Source: Blastocystis sp. ATCC 50177/Nand II
Lineage: Eukaryota
DNA length: 64,000 bases
Reading direction: 5' to 3'
NCBI GenBank assembly: GCA_039096935.1
Contig: JBBPEE010000035.1
Coordinates: 1 to 64,000, forward strand
In this document: positions 38,362 through 49,384 of the stretch, piece after piece
How the letters are laid out: every line of letters begins with the position of its first letter
Position numbering within the stretch: the stretch's first letter is position 1
Translations under genes and position numbers: made by a program
Notes under the pieces: model-generated
The model's database searches: none
Seen by the model: only the letters and a program-made list of their open reading frames with translations
What the model was told of the DNA's origin: nothing

Positions 38362-39672
38362 ATGAGCTTTTCCGATCTGAAGATTTGCGTTGTGGGTTTG
38401 GGCTACGTGGGTATGCCCATGGCTGTGGCCTTCGCTGAGAAGGGAGTGAAGGTGATCGGTTTCGATGTGTGCAAGCCCAAGATCGAGGCCTACCTCAACG
38501 GCGAAGATCCTACCTGCGAAGTCGGCACGGAGAGACTCGTCAAGACCCTCAAGGGCGGCAATCTCTCCCTCACCTATGATCTGGAGCCGATCCGCTCTGC
38601 CAACTTCTACATCGTGGCTGTGCCCACTCCCGTCAACGAGGACCGTTCTCCCGATGTGCGTCCCGTGGAGGGTGCTTCGGAGGTGGTCGGCAAGGTGATC
38701 TGCAAGGGTGACTACGTTGTGTTCGAGTCTACCGTGTACCCCGGTCTGACGGAGGAGCTCTGCATCCCCATCATCGAGAAGTTCTCTGGATTGAAGTACA
38801 AGGAGGACTGGAAGCTGGGTTACTCTCCTGAGAGAATCAACCCCGGTGACAAGGTCCACACCTTCAAGACCATCAAGAAGATCGTGTCGGGTTGCGATGC
38901 GGAGTCGCTGGACAAGATCGCCAAGGTCTACGAGATGGTGGTAGAGCCCGGCGTGTACCGCGCCACTTCCATCGCCGTGGCGGAGGCTGCCAAGGTGATC
39001 GAGAACTCGCAGCGCGACATCAACATCGCCTTCATGAACGAGCTGGCGATGATCTTCGACAAGATGGGCATCGACACCAACGATGTGCTGGACGCTGCCG
39101 GCACGAAGTGGAACTTCCTCCACTTCCACCCGGGTCTTGTGGGCGGTCACTGCATCGGCGTGGACCCCTACTATCTGACCTACCGTGCCCAGAACCTCGG
39201 CTACACCAGCAAGATCATCCAGAACGGTCGTCTGCTGAACGACTCGATGGGTGCTTGGATCGCCACAAAGGTGGTGAAACTGATGGTGCAGTGCGGTCTG
39301 GTGGTGAAGGGCGCTCGCGTGTGCGTGATGGGCATCACCTTCAAGGAGAACTGCTCCGACACCCGCAACAGCAAGGTGCACGACATCATCAACGAGCTGA
39401 AGGAGTACGACATCGACGTCGTCTCCTGCGACCCCATCGCTCCCAAGGACGAGGTGAAGCGCTTCTATGGTGTCACTCTCACTGATTTGAAGGACATCAA
39501 GGACTGTGATGCGGTGGTGATGGCTGTGGCTCACAAGGAGTACGCTGCGATGACGATGAAGGACCTCCGTGCCCTGTTCAAGCCTGAGATTGCTCAGAAG
39601 CTTGTTTACGATGTGAAGGGCGTGATCTCTCGTGAGGACGTGCCCAGTGACATGGTTCTGAAGCGCCTGTAA
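38362..39672 (+). CDS. UDP-N-acetylhexosamine 6-dehydrogenase (UDP-glucose/GDP-mannose dehydrogenase family, WbpO/TviB-like), intronless
   Basis: GLGYVG, VAVPTP, ESTVYPG, SPERINPG, AEAAKVIENSQRD, PGLVGGHCIGVDPYYL, FKENCSDTRNS. ATG at 38362. Confidence 0.95.
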   Translation: MSFSDLKICVVGLGYVGMPMAVAFAEKGVKVIGFDVCKPKIEAYLNGEDPTCEVGTERLVKTLKGGNLSLTYDLEPIRSANFYIVAVPTPVNEDRSPDVRPVEGASEVVGKVICKGDYVVFESTVYPGLTEELCIPIIEKFSGLKYKEDWKLGYSPERINPGDKVHTFKTIKKIVSGCDAESLDKIAKVYEMVVEPGVYRATSIAVAEAAKVIENSQRDINIAFMNELAMIFDKMGIDTNDVLDAAGTKWNFLHFHPGLVGGHCIGVDPYYLTYRAQNLGYTSKIIQNGRLLNDSMGAWIATKVVKLMVQCGLVVKGARVCVMGITFKENCSDTRNSKVHDIINELKEYDIDVVSCDPIAPKDEVKRFYGVTLTDLKDIKDCDAVVMAVAHKEYAAMTMKDLRALFKPEIAQKLVYDVKGVISREDVPSDMVLKRL

Positions 39673-39750
39673 GCGGCAACCCGCTTGTTCCTTCATGCTT
39701 GAATGGGTTTGTTCCTCACACTCTGATTTGTTTGAAACAAACACGAATTG

Positions 39751-41217
39751 CTAGAAGAAATAGACTTGAGCCGTCTCCTTCTTGATGGAATTGGCTAATC
39801 TGGAATAGGAGCTCTTGGTAGACAGAAAGAGCACGTCACACTTTGACAGTAAAACCAACTCCGTGTAGGACCGCATCAACCCCGCCTCATTTGTGAAGGT
39901 GCCCGTATGCGTTCGAGGCAGATTACCCACAAACAACAACTGACTGCCGAACCGCTCTTCCATCTCCCTCTCAATCCATGGACTATCCGTTGCTAGGAAG
40001 AGGAGTGAATTGGGTTTCTCATCCAGTATCGATTCCATCGCGTCAAATTGGGCTTCCACTTGTGATAGGGTCAATGCAGCAGCCTTTTCTCGCCATGTGG
40101 TGAGATTGCCAGCCAATCGGATATGAGCACCCACCATGAAGTGTCCCTCAAACGCATGCACCCAAGGCTCAATGAACTCTGCAGTAAACGCACTGGGCTG
40201 GAACAAGCCATGGAAGCATGTTCTGTACCAACTGCTACGAGCCATAGACGCGTTGGCATTGGGCATGATGACTGTACGAGCGAAATGACGAACAGACTTG
40301 ATACGGAAGATGGGACGAAGAAAAGTGGTTGCAGATTCAATCACAACAACGTCCTTATAGAGAGAATTGAAGAGCGTGCTGTCTGTGATGCCTGGAATCA
40401 TCGCCCGAGAAGTGAATTCGAGATGGATGGTGGAGTCATTCACAACGGATGTGACGCTGCTGAGACGCGCTTCTTCTAGCCATGAGGGGGAATGATGAGA
40501 AGCACCAGATGGTGATGAGAGAACAGCGGGAAAGGTGAAATTGAAAAGGGGAAAAACGAAGAAGTGACTGGGTATGGCTGGAGCATTGACTATGGGTTTC
40601 AGTCGAGAAGAGTGACTACTTTGAACAGAGCGATTATTCACGATTCCCAACAACAGCACATCACATGTGCCCATGATCTGGTTTGCCACTCCAGCATTCG
40701 CACGCTTTTGATAGATGAGTGTTGAGGATTCTTCCTTCGCTTCTCTCCTGTGAGTGGGAATGTACACGCTATTCATGTAATCGATGAACTCTGCTTCTCC
40801 TGCATTCCATTTTGTGACAGACTCCTTTAGAATCCTTGGTGAAGTCATTCCGGGATTGTAGTAGGAGGAATAGTTGAAACCAAGGGATGTGATATCACTT
40901 CCTTGAATCAGTTCCACTAGGAATGATGTCTCTGAAAGAGGCATTACGCTGCTTCATCACGCTGGCTTGTGTCCATTGAATGGTCCGAACAATTCGATTT
41001 GCGCCCTTGTAGTATGAAAAACCCTTGTCATAAGTCTGTGTGTTATACGGGTTGAATACAATACGGAAGGAGTGAGGATGTCCTCGTCTTCTCTTCGTTG
41101 CGCCCATCCAAGGAGGAGAGTGAAGAAAAGCATGGAAAAGCAAAGAGAGAAGCAGAGAAGCGGAGAAAAGTTCATGATAGGTGATAAAAAAAACTGGAGG
41201 CTAAATGTGTTTTCCAT
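39751..41217 (-). CDS. Third, divergent fucosyltransferase-like type II membrane protein, multi-exon
   Basis: [34 protein letters not shown]-terminal TM in 40957-41217. TGTTTGTT follows the stop. Confidence 0.75.
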
Positions 41218-41259
41218 GATAATTCCAGTTTTCTTACAGGTTTGTTTATTGTAACTGCG

Positions 41260-41485
41260 ATGAGTGTATCTATAGCGAATGGAAAGAAGAAAGATGAGAA
41301 GGATGTTCTATTGTGTGAGAAGATAACAAAGACAAAGATAAAGGGGAAACCCCCTCTCCCTCCTGTGGCTAAGAGCAATCTCTACAAAACGCAACTATGC
41401 CGCAGTTTCATGTCTACAGGAAAGTGCAAGTATGGAAGAGTGTGTCAGTTTGCTCATGGAAAGAAGGAGTTGGAGAAGTACTCAT
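41260..41485 (+). CDS. Small CCCH zinc-finger protein (TIS11/TTP-type lead-in, single finger); stop probably completed by polyadenylation
   Basis: LYKTQLC-x8-C-x5-C-x3-H-G..EL. Codon-initial T41485 sits 5 nt before TGTTTGTT. Confidence 0.7.
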
Positions 41486-41599
41486 TCATTGTTTGTTGTT
41501 CATGAAGTGGTATTGGCTTTTTGTCAGGTCAATAGACACCTAATACTATTGAATTGCAATTCATCTTCATGCATTCCTTTCACCCACTCCATGTTGCAT

Positions 41600-42028
41600 A
41601 GAAATGGTGTTGTTTGGGATGCCTGTTGGTCTTGGCTTGGGGCGAGACCACGAACCGCACTATGGCAGACGGGAGGGAATGGTACTCATGCCGTACGATC
41701 CGCTGTGGGTCGGGCAGTTGGCAGGACTGCGGGGCAGGACTGTGGAACCGGCGGCAGGCCCACGGGGTACTCGCTGTCACAGGCAGTGTTCCTTTAGGCG
41801 GCAGCCCGAGGTTACTCAGCGTGGCAAGGGCGTTACTACCCAAACGTGTCTTTTACCTCGAGGGAGGAGGGCGCAAGCCCGGTCAGTGGGAGAGGGCGCG
41901 AGCCCGTGTAAGGCAAACTTGGGGGTTTTTCATGGGCATTTACTCAGGCACGAGGCGTACGGGAGAAGGGTGCGGGCCCTTCAGGGAGAAGGCCGAGGTT
42001 TTCCGTTAACATTTTGTTTGTTTGTTTG
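41600..42028 (+). repeat. Dispersed ~430-bp GC-rich repeat, second copy of 26429-26864
   Basis: Colinear from agaaatggtgtt to ccgttaacattttgtttgtttgtttg, with a few indels. Confidence 0.92.
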
Positions 42029-42166
42029 CAGAACTCATACTCACTGATGAAACCATCATGGAATGATTGGAAACGGGAGAAAGAAAAGAGGAAAAGGAAA
42101 CACAGTTGCATGGAAACAACTTCAAGGACAGTTCATTTTTGAATACTCATTATAACTTTTGGGAGA

Positions 42167-42769
42167 ATGGCTAACACTAATGATGAGAAATATCCTTTCA
42201 ACGGTTCGTTTTATACTAGAAGCGAATTGATGCAAATGGCACAAGAACAAGTGAGAAAGGGGAAGAATGCAGATATGGTTCTTGTCAAGGAGTTTGCCAT
42301 GTATCATCCATACTATGACAAATACAAAGGAGCAGAGTGCACATGTGGGTACAATAAGAGGGATCAAAACAACTGTTTTATACTAGTTGTTGGTGATGAA
42401 GTGATTCCGATTAGCTATCGCACGTGTATTGAAGGCATTATCGGTGAAAGAAAACGATTTCTTTGCTACTTCCGATATGCAGTACGGGATCAAATACTCG
42501 AATGGAAAGAGAAAAATAAGAAACCATGTATGAAGTGTCAAAGTCCAACTCAAGTGACTGCTGATCATCAAAAGCCTTTTATAATGCTTGTTAATGATTT
42601 CTGTGATAAGAACTATCCTGGCATGAATGCCAATACGATTTGGGATATCTCCGAGAAAGTGTATGAAAAAATGATGAATGACTTTAAGAAGTATCACCGG
42701 GAGCATGCGGTTCTCCAGCCTCTATGTGCAAAGTGTAACCAGAGAAAAGGCAGCAGATGTGAGAACTAA
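42167..42769 (+). CDS. DUF3223 (DCL)-like domain fused to an HNH-like zinc-binding endonuclease domain; intronless
   Basis: YHP..KYKG..CF..ISYRTCI (DUF3223-like), then CxxC..ADH..P and LQPLCAKCNQRKG (HNH-like). Confidence 0.75.
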   Translation: MANTNDEKYPFNGSFYTRSELMQMAQEQVRKGKNADMVLVKEFAMYHPYYDKYKGAECTCGYNKRDQNNCFILVVGDEVIPISYRTCIEGIIGERKRFLCYFRYAVRDQILEWKEKNKKPCMKCQSPTQVTADHQKPFIMLVNDFCDKNYPGMNANTIWDISEKVYEKMMNDFKKYHREHAVLQPLCAKCNQRKGSRCEN

Positions 42770-43332
42770 AGTGGCAAGACATGGAATAAGCTGAGGATTT
42801 CATGTTTGTTAGTAACTGAGAAACAAACAAACAGCTTAACACTCCACGGACCATGGCTGTAGGTTCACGGCCGTACCCCTGGGCATCGACCTCCATACCC
42901 GCCCCAAGCGCGGCATAGCGTTTCGCAGTTTTCGCTCCCTGGCAGACGGCTCGCGCCATCCCCCGGTTGGCGGCCCTGAGAGCCTCCACCTGACGTCGGT
43001 TGTCCACTCCGCGTCGACGATACAGTCCACCCCACGAGGCCCTGCACGCCCTCGCACTTCGTCACTCCGCCTTGCTATTAGGAACAGTGCAGGGGAGCAT
43101 TCCATGCGAGTTGTTAAAAAATACTCAAAAAAAAAGGGAAAGAGAGCCCCCGGCACCCGATCTCTAGCTTCTATCCACTGAATTGACTTGATGTGATCAT
43201 CAGAAGGCGTGTAATGGAGTTGTTTCCTGTTGAATCTATGAAAGAGACAAACCCCAGCAGTGTACAAAGGGTTGAAAACAAACACTACAAACCACCATTC
43301 TCTCCGATAACCATTGAATTGAGGAACTATCT

Positions 43333-45351
43333 TTACTCCTCATCCTCCATATCAGTGTATTTCAAATTGTAAGGATGCTTCGTTCTTCTCCATGTATCCA
43401 CTATTCTTCTCCATTTGTCATCGTTTTCCTTTGTACGAGAATAGAAGCGGACATACACATCTTCATATACGGAGCTGAATACATTACTCATCATATTGCC
43501 TTCGAATCGTTTCACCTTGTTTTCTCCATCCTTGAAGAAAATAGATTCAAATGGATTGCAATCCTATTCTAAAGCAACTAGTAATACACCTACTCCTTGG
43601 CCATGAGACACGATACAGCAGTCGATAATCAGATCATCGATACTCAACTTCTTCCCTTCAATTAGTTCCTTTATGTTGCCTCTGACAGATTCTTGAACTC
43701 CTTCTCTGTCATAGAGATAGAATGTCTTTTCCGTTTCTTCTGCCGTTCCATCAGCACCTATTTCAACCAACTTACGTGTATGTTTCTTCTTTCCTCCATT
43801 CGTTTTCTTAATGTAGAACGCATTAACGTTAATCTCTCCAACGCATGTATAGTACTCCCTACTATTGGAGAGTATATGTATCCCGTACTTATTCCTAATT
43901 CGAGTAATCAAATCGCGCGCCGTAGCCAGTGCCTCTTCTTTGGTTTTCATCAAGTCCTAGCACTAATGCCTATGTGTGGATGATACTCCAATGATGCGAT
44001 CTGTTGCAGCAAGATAGTTGCCATCGTCTTCCCATGCTCTAGAAAGGGAAAACACAGACTTCTCCAGCATTTCTTTCACTGTGGGGTCATTAACATAGTC
44101 TTCCACATTCTAATAATCATAGAAGTCCATTTAAAGTACCTTCCAGTCTCTATCTCTGCCGAATTCTCTCAGTATACCCAATGCTTCCTTGAGTTTTCCA
44201 TAATCATTCATCACCGCTTCACCCGTTCTTTTGGTAGAAATACCAAATCCATGTTCTTCTGCCATTTTCAGTGCCTCGAGAAGCATGATTTCAGCGATTT
44301 GATTATCTCGATGCTATACTTCACAGTGAAAACGGGACTTACATTACAGGCATGAAGGTAGAACATCATTCTGGACTGATAAACGCTCATTAGATCGTAA
44401 ACCACTTCTCTATCGAAACAAATCTAGTGATGATCATTTCTTGGAGCCTTTACAAAACTATCATCTTCATCCAGATGCACGTAAGCGTTTTCAATGATTC
44501 GTTTATAGTTCACTGAAGTGTTTAACCCCGTCTACATAAGAGAGAAACTTCATAGCTACATAGTGACTATCTCGAAGAAGATAATCAATCCTGTCCATAT
44601 CAATACCAGTTCTATTATTAATAATGCATATAAGAGCCACCTCTCGTTGGAGACAATCTGAAATAGCCACTTCTTGTTGGGAGGAATGCCATTCCATTCT
44701 TCCTTCAGATCGTCTGTAAGATACTCCTCTTTTCCAGCGATCATCATGCAGATATACTTTCGATACTACGAATAATGGCATTAATTATAACTTGCTGTAG
44801 CATCCAATCCCTGCTGACGAAAAGCCTCATTGATTTCATCCCGTTTTAATAGCCGTCTGAAGATCGTAATTCCCATTGTTTCATGCTCAGTGATCTTTGA
44901 AGTGGTAAACATCTTCGCATACTGAGGATAAGAATGACCAAGCACACAATGGCCAATATCATGTAGTAATCCAGCAACAATAACGCATAAGCGATACTTC
45001 TTTTCTTCCCCATTCATGTTGATCTCCGGCTTCGAGTGTTTAATCAGCTCGTCAAAATACCATCCACACAAATAACTCGTTCCAATGCAGTGTTCATACC
45101 TACTGCTCAATTCAGGTTTACATTCCTGCCTTGTATGAGTTGCATTATCAAACATCAAGTTGAGCTGATCCAGCTGTTTGATGTCCTTTAAACGTTGAAA
45201 CTCTGGGGTTTCGATGAGTTTGCGGCACAAGGGGTGAATGTTAATACTCCCTAGCGTATTACTGAAAAGGGCAGGATTCACCGTAAATCACATCCTTGTA
45301 ACTCTCAATGGAATCGAACACTTGAGCACCCTCAGAACGAACTTCAGCCAT
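43333..45351 (-). CDS. SAMHD1-like HD-domain dNTP triphosphohydrolase, multi-exon
   Basis: Spliced DVIYG|SINI (31-nt intron), TPEFQRLKDIKQL, ATHTR|YEH, AGLLHDIGH, GIDMDRIDYLLRDS. Confidence 0.85.
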
Positions 45352-45768
45352 ATTAGTTGGTTAGAATAAAGAAAAAGTGAATTCTCACTGAATATGGAGT
45401 TTCATACAAAGGGGTTTCCGTTTCGATCTTTCCACGTTTTCTTCCCATCAAACCCCGATCTCAAGTGCATCACCCTCTTGAACCCACACCCCATTCCTTA
45501 CAACAAACACCCCACCCGAGTAATGCTCTTTACATAATCTAACCTACTGTTATGGAGAGAAACAAGACTGTCCCCCACATCACAGCTACCCATTTCCATC
45601 GGTTCCTCACGCTATTGTTCTATGCCCCATGGCTCACTTTCATCGAGCACAAAGCGCACTTTGGATGCATGATCTCTCACATGTGATAGGAGATGCTCAT
45701 CCTCTATGACTCCTTATAGGTGTTTTCAACAAACGCAAACCGTCTTTCGACTCAAACCACTCAAACGT

Positions 45769-46942
45769 CTATTCATACTTGTTGAAGTTTGCAGTGTAGC
45801 CCCTCTCCACTGGATAATGGGGGTAGAAACAGCCGTAGTAAGTGTAGTTAATAGCCGTCTTGAATGCCAGCAATTGAGCACGAGTACTGTGGTGCCTATT
45901 CCTCACATCACACAACCTGTCATCACATATTGCCATTATCCTGCTCAGCCACCTCTTCAGCAGCTCCAGCATCATAAACATCGCACGTGTTGTCATAATA
46001 CACCAAGGAATAGGCTTCCTTATTCTCCATCCCAAGAGAAATGAGACTATTCCTCACTTCATTATCATAAACGAAGTTCCCAGTGTGCAGCATCGAGTAC
46101 AGTGGCTTCATCGCGTTCTTGTTCAATTCAAAAACACGGAAGTAGTACATGCAAGATCCAGCAACGCTATTGGACTTCACCACACGGAAAAGGAGGATGC
46201 TATTCATCAGTACCATGTTCCATCAGTACCGAGTGGGTTTGTCCCTTCTGCTCATTCTGAACAAAGAGTTGCTCGTTTTGGCAGCAATCACACGGCTCTT
46301 GAGAGTATTGTATCGATTACACACTCTTCCCAAACACGTCTTCCAGTCCTCCTCATTTGCATAAGCCGGGCATTCGTTTGCAAACAGATACAAATTACCC
46401 ACGCACAAATAGACATATTGGATGTTGCTTATACCACCCAGTCTCTTGAAGAAGCCATTGCATGTTTCGGCAGTACCTAGTATTCATCTGCAAAGAATTG
46501 TCAAACCCATTACATACAACTTGTGAGAGGGGTTCTTCACAGTGTATGCGTAGATTGCATCAGCAAAATCGTCCCGATAGCATGTATAGAACATGGCACT
46601 CATTTCATTCGGGTTAATGCTATCAATAGTGAAATTCGTATACTAGTAATAATGGCAAGAATGTAATACTACTGGAATGACAGTATTGGGGGAGCATCTG
46701 TCGACATTTGCGACTATGGATTATCATTTTCATAACACACCACTACCATAATCAGGGGAAATGCTAAACACACAGCCAGTTTGGGGGTCACTAAACCACC
46801 AAATAGTATTGTACACATCACGTCCTCTCATTGTAGAATAATGACTCTGTTCTCCATTTCTATTGGGGGAAACACATTTCGTTATAATTGTGTTTCCATC
46901 CAGTTTACCATTCATTACATAATGAAGAATACACAATCTCAA
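45769..46942 (-). CDS. Hypothetical multi-exon protein, possibly partial
   Basis: Chain of short protein-like ORFs separated by intron-sized gaps. No recognised motif. Confidence 0.35.
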
Positions 46943-47304
46943 ACTGATTTCTCATCACAATTCATTTCACTATTTCAATTATCATTTCCACCCCTTTAAT
47001 AGTATTCCAGGCACTGAAATAGTCTACTGCAATGGAAGGACAAATAGGTTCAAGGTCGACAGGTTGGTGATGAGTGAGTACTACTGGGCAACAGGAGCAA
47101 CGACTCCAACGAACTGTGCAAAAGCGACGTCTACTGTAGTGAGTCATCCTCCGCTACTCCATGGACGTTTCCACGGATTGCCACACTGGGAAGTGTGGAT
47201 GATCGAGCCAAGCAATGAGCCACCCAAAGCTGCAGCAAAGTGTAGATTTCTCGTAAGGAGAAGGAAGGCTTGTGTGTTACAAAAACAAAAGGCGTTTCAT
47301 CTCT

Positions 47305-48845
47305 TCAATTGAAACCATTATGCCGATGAGAGCAGAAAGCGGACAGAGCAGGAGTGATGTCTGAGAATGAGGAAGAGAAATAGAACAAACTCATTGTATG
47401 GATTCTATTCGTCTTTCTGAAAGCGAACATCTGGACAAGGCGAACCGTGCTGAGAGAGGGCATGTCTATGCGTAACAACGGGAGCTCAGCACTACTTGCC
47501 AGAGTGACGGAACGAGGATTCAGGAATGTAATCAACCCATCAGCAGCGAGTGTTGTGAGTTTAGGCAAATCTATTCATTACTTCATTTCATCATCATCAC
47601 TTCGCATGATCAATTCAGTCGATTCATCATCCTTGAAACAGAATGCATCATAACCAAGTCGAATGGAAATCAATTCAGGCAAGTCTATCCATCATTCTCT
47701 CTTCAAGTCATTCACTCTCAAATACTGCAAGAGAACAATCATGGAATGCCTCTTTACCAAACAGAAGCGATTTCAACTTGGGCAAATCTATGCATCATTC
47801 ATCATTATCAATCTCACTTCTCAATGTCAATGAAGCAAAACAGAAATTGTAACTCCATTCATTCAGTTTTCCCATTTCAATCACTTCCAAGGAAGGCGTA
47901 TTCTCAATTTCACACACGGAATAATCAGAGAAGGAACCAGAACCCATCTTCAATTCTCTCACTCTCTCACAATTCTTCAAATAGAAATGACGATTTGGAT
48001 CACACTTAGGCCTGTTACTTCTATGCTTCGTAAAGCAATTCTTTCCAATCACGACACTCTCCAACTTGGATAAGTCCATCAACTTCACCTCATTCACAAA
48101 GGTAAAGGAATAATCGCCCACCTCAAACACCTTCAGATTGGAAAATGAAGACAGATCCAACACTGTCAAGCTCGTATCATTACATGCATTCGCATCCACA
48201 ATTACCACTTCCATTCTCATCAGGTCATCAACAGAATGAACGTTTGCATTGGGATTGGGTTTGGGATTGTTTGGATGGTTTATCAATTCGCCAATGTCTA
48301 ATCATCACTCTCCACACGTATCAAACGACTCCTGTAATACAACTGATCTCGCCTCTCAAATGCGTGAGGAAGAGTAACAGTAGTGAGAGAGGGCATGTCT
48401 GTTAGTGAGAATAGAGTGATAGGAAATACTCTCTAGAGTGATGGAACGAGGATTCATGAATGCATTGTCTCCAACAGCAGTGAGTGTTGTGAGTTTAGGC
48501 AAGTCTATTCATCATTTCATTCTATCATCACCACTTCGCATGATCAACTCACTTGAATCATCATCCTCCTTGAAATAAAATGCATTTTTGCCAAGTCGAA
48601 TGGAAGTCAATTCGGGCAAGTCTAGAAATCACTCTCTCTTCACACAATTCACTCTCAAACACTGCACGAGGACAGTCATAGAACACGCCACCACCGAACA
48701 CAAGGGATTTCAAACTGGGCAAGTCTATGCATTATTCCATTCCATCACACTCACTCCTCAATTTCAACAAAGCAAAGCTGAAATTGTCACACTTTTCATT
48801 CAAATCCCCAATATCAATCACTTCCAAACTCGCATCTTTCTCAAT
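47305..48845 (-). pseudogene. BspA-like LRR gene, 3' part only; paralog of 58720-60555
   Basis: LDLSSFSNLKVFEVGDYSF, RHFYLKNCERVRELKMG, DLPKLTTL exons. 5' end replaced by the Harbinger fragment. Confidence 0.8.
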
Positions 48846-48849
48846 CTCA

Positions 48850-49321
48850 CCCCTTTCCCGCTGCTCTCTTCGCGATGGATAGGACGTTGTAGATGTTGAC
48901 GACCAAGGACAAGCACAACGAGTATGTCGGAAGGAAGAGTCTGTCGCAGATGATTGTTCTGGTCGTTTGCAACTGGAATATGAATCTGGTGCACATCGAC
49001 AGTAACTTCACCGGCCGCACCCAGGATAACAGCATATGCATGTCCTTCGCCCTGCACTTCGCAATCGACGGCGAAAACAGTCTGCTTCGTCCCGGTGGCT
49101 TCATCATCGCTGACGAGGGATTTGCTTGCAGAGAGCCTATCCTGCGTCCCTACGCTAAGAGAGCCGACGACCTGGAGAAGATCCTCTTCAACTTCGTCCT
49201 CAAGTCAACGCGCCTGCTGGCCGAGAACGCGATAGGGGCGTGGAAGCAGAAGTGCCCCCTGCTGAACATCGGGATGCACAAGATGGAGCCGGAAGAGTCG
49301 GTGAAGACTATCCTGGGTTCC
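48850..49321 (+). pseudogene. Second PIF/Harbinger DDE_Tnp_4 transposase fragment
   Basis: PFPAALFAMDRTL*, VVCNWN, FTGRTQD, IIADEGF, LRPY, FNFVLKSTRLLAENAIGAWKQKCPLL. Homologous to 1847-2952. Confidence 0.88.
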
Positions 49322-49384
49322 TGTACAACCACAGGTATAAACACCACGTGCTTTTGAACCCCACTCTCACAACCACCTCACACT

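Noticed and set aside
38308..39744. 478-aa antisense ORF
   Set aside because: Codon-bias shadow of the dehydrogenase gene.
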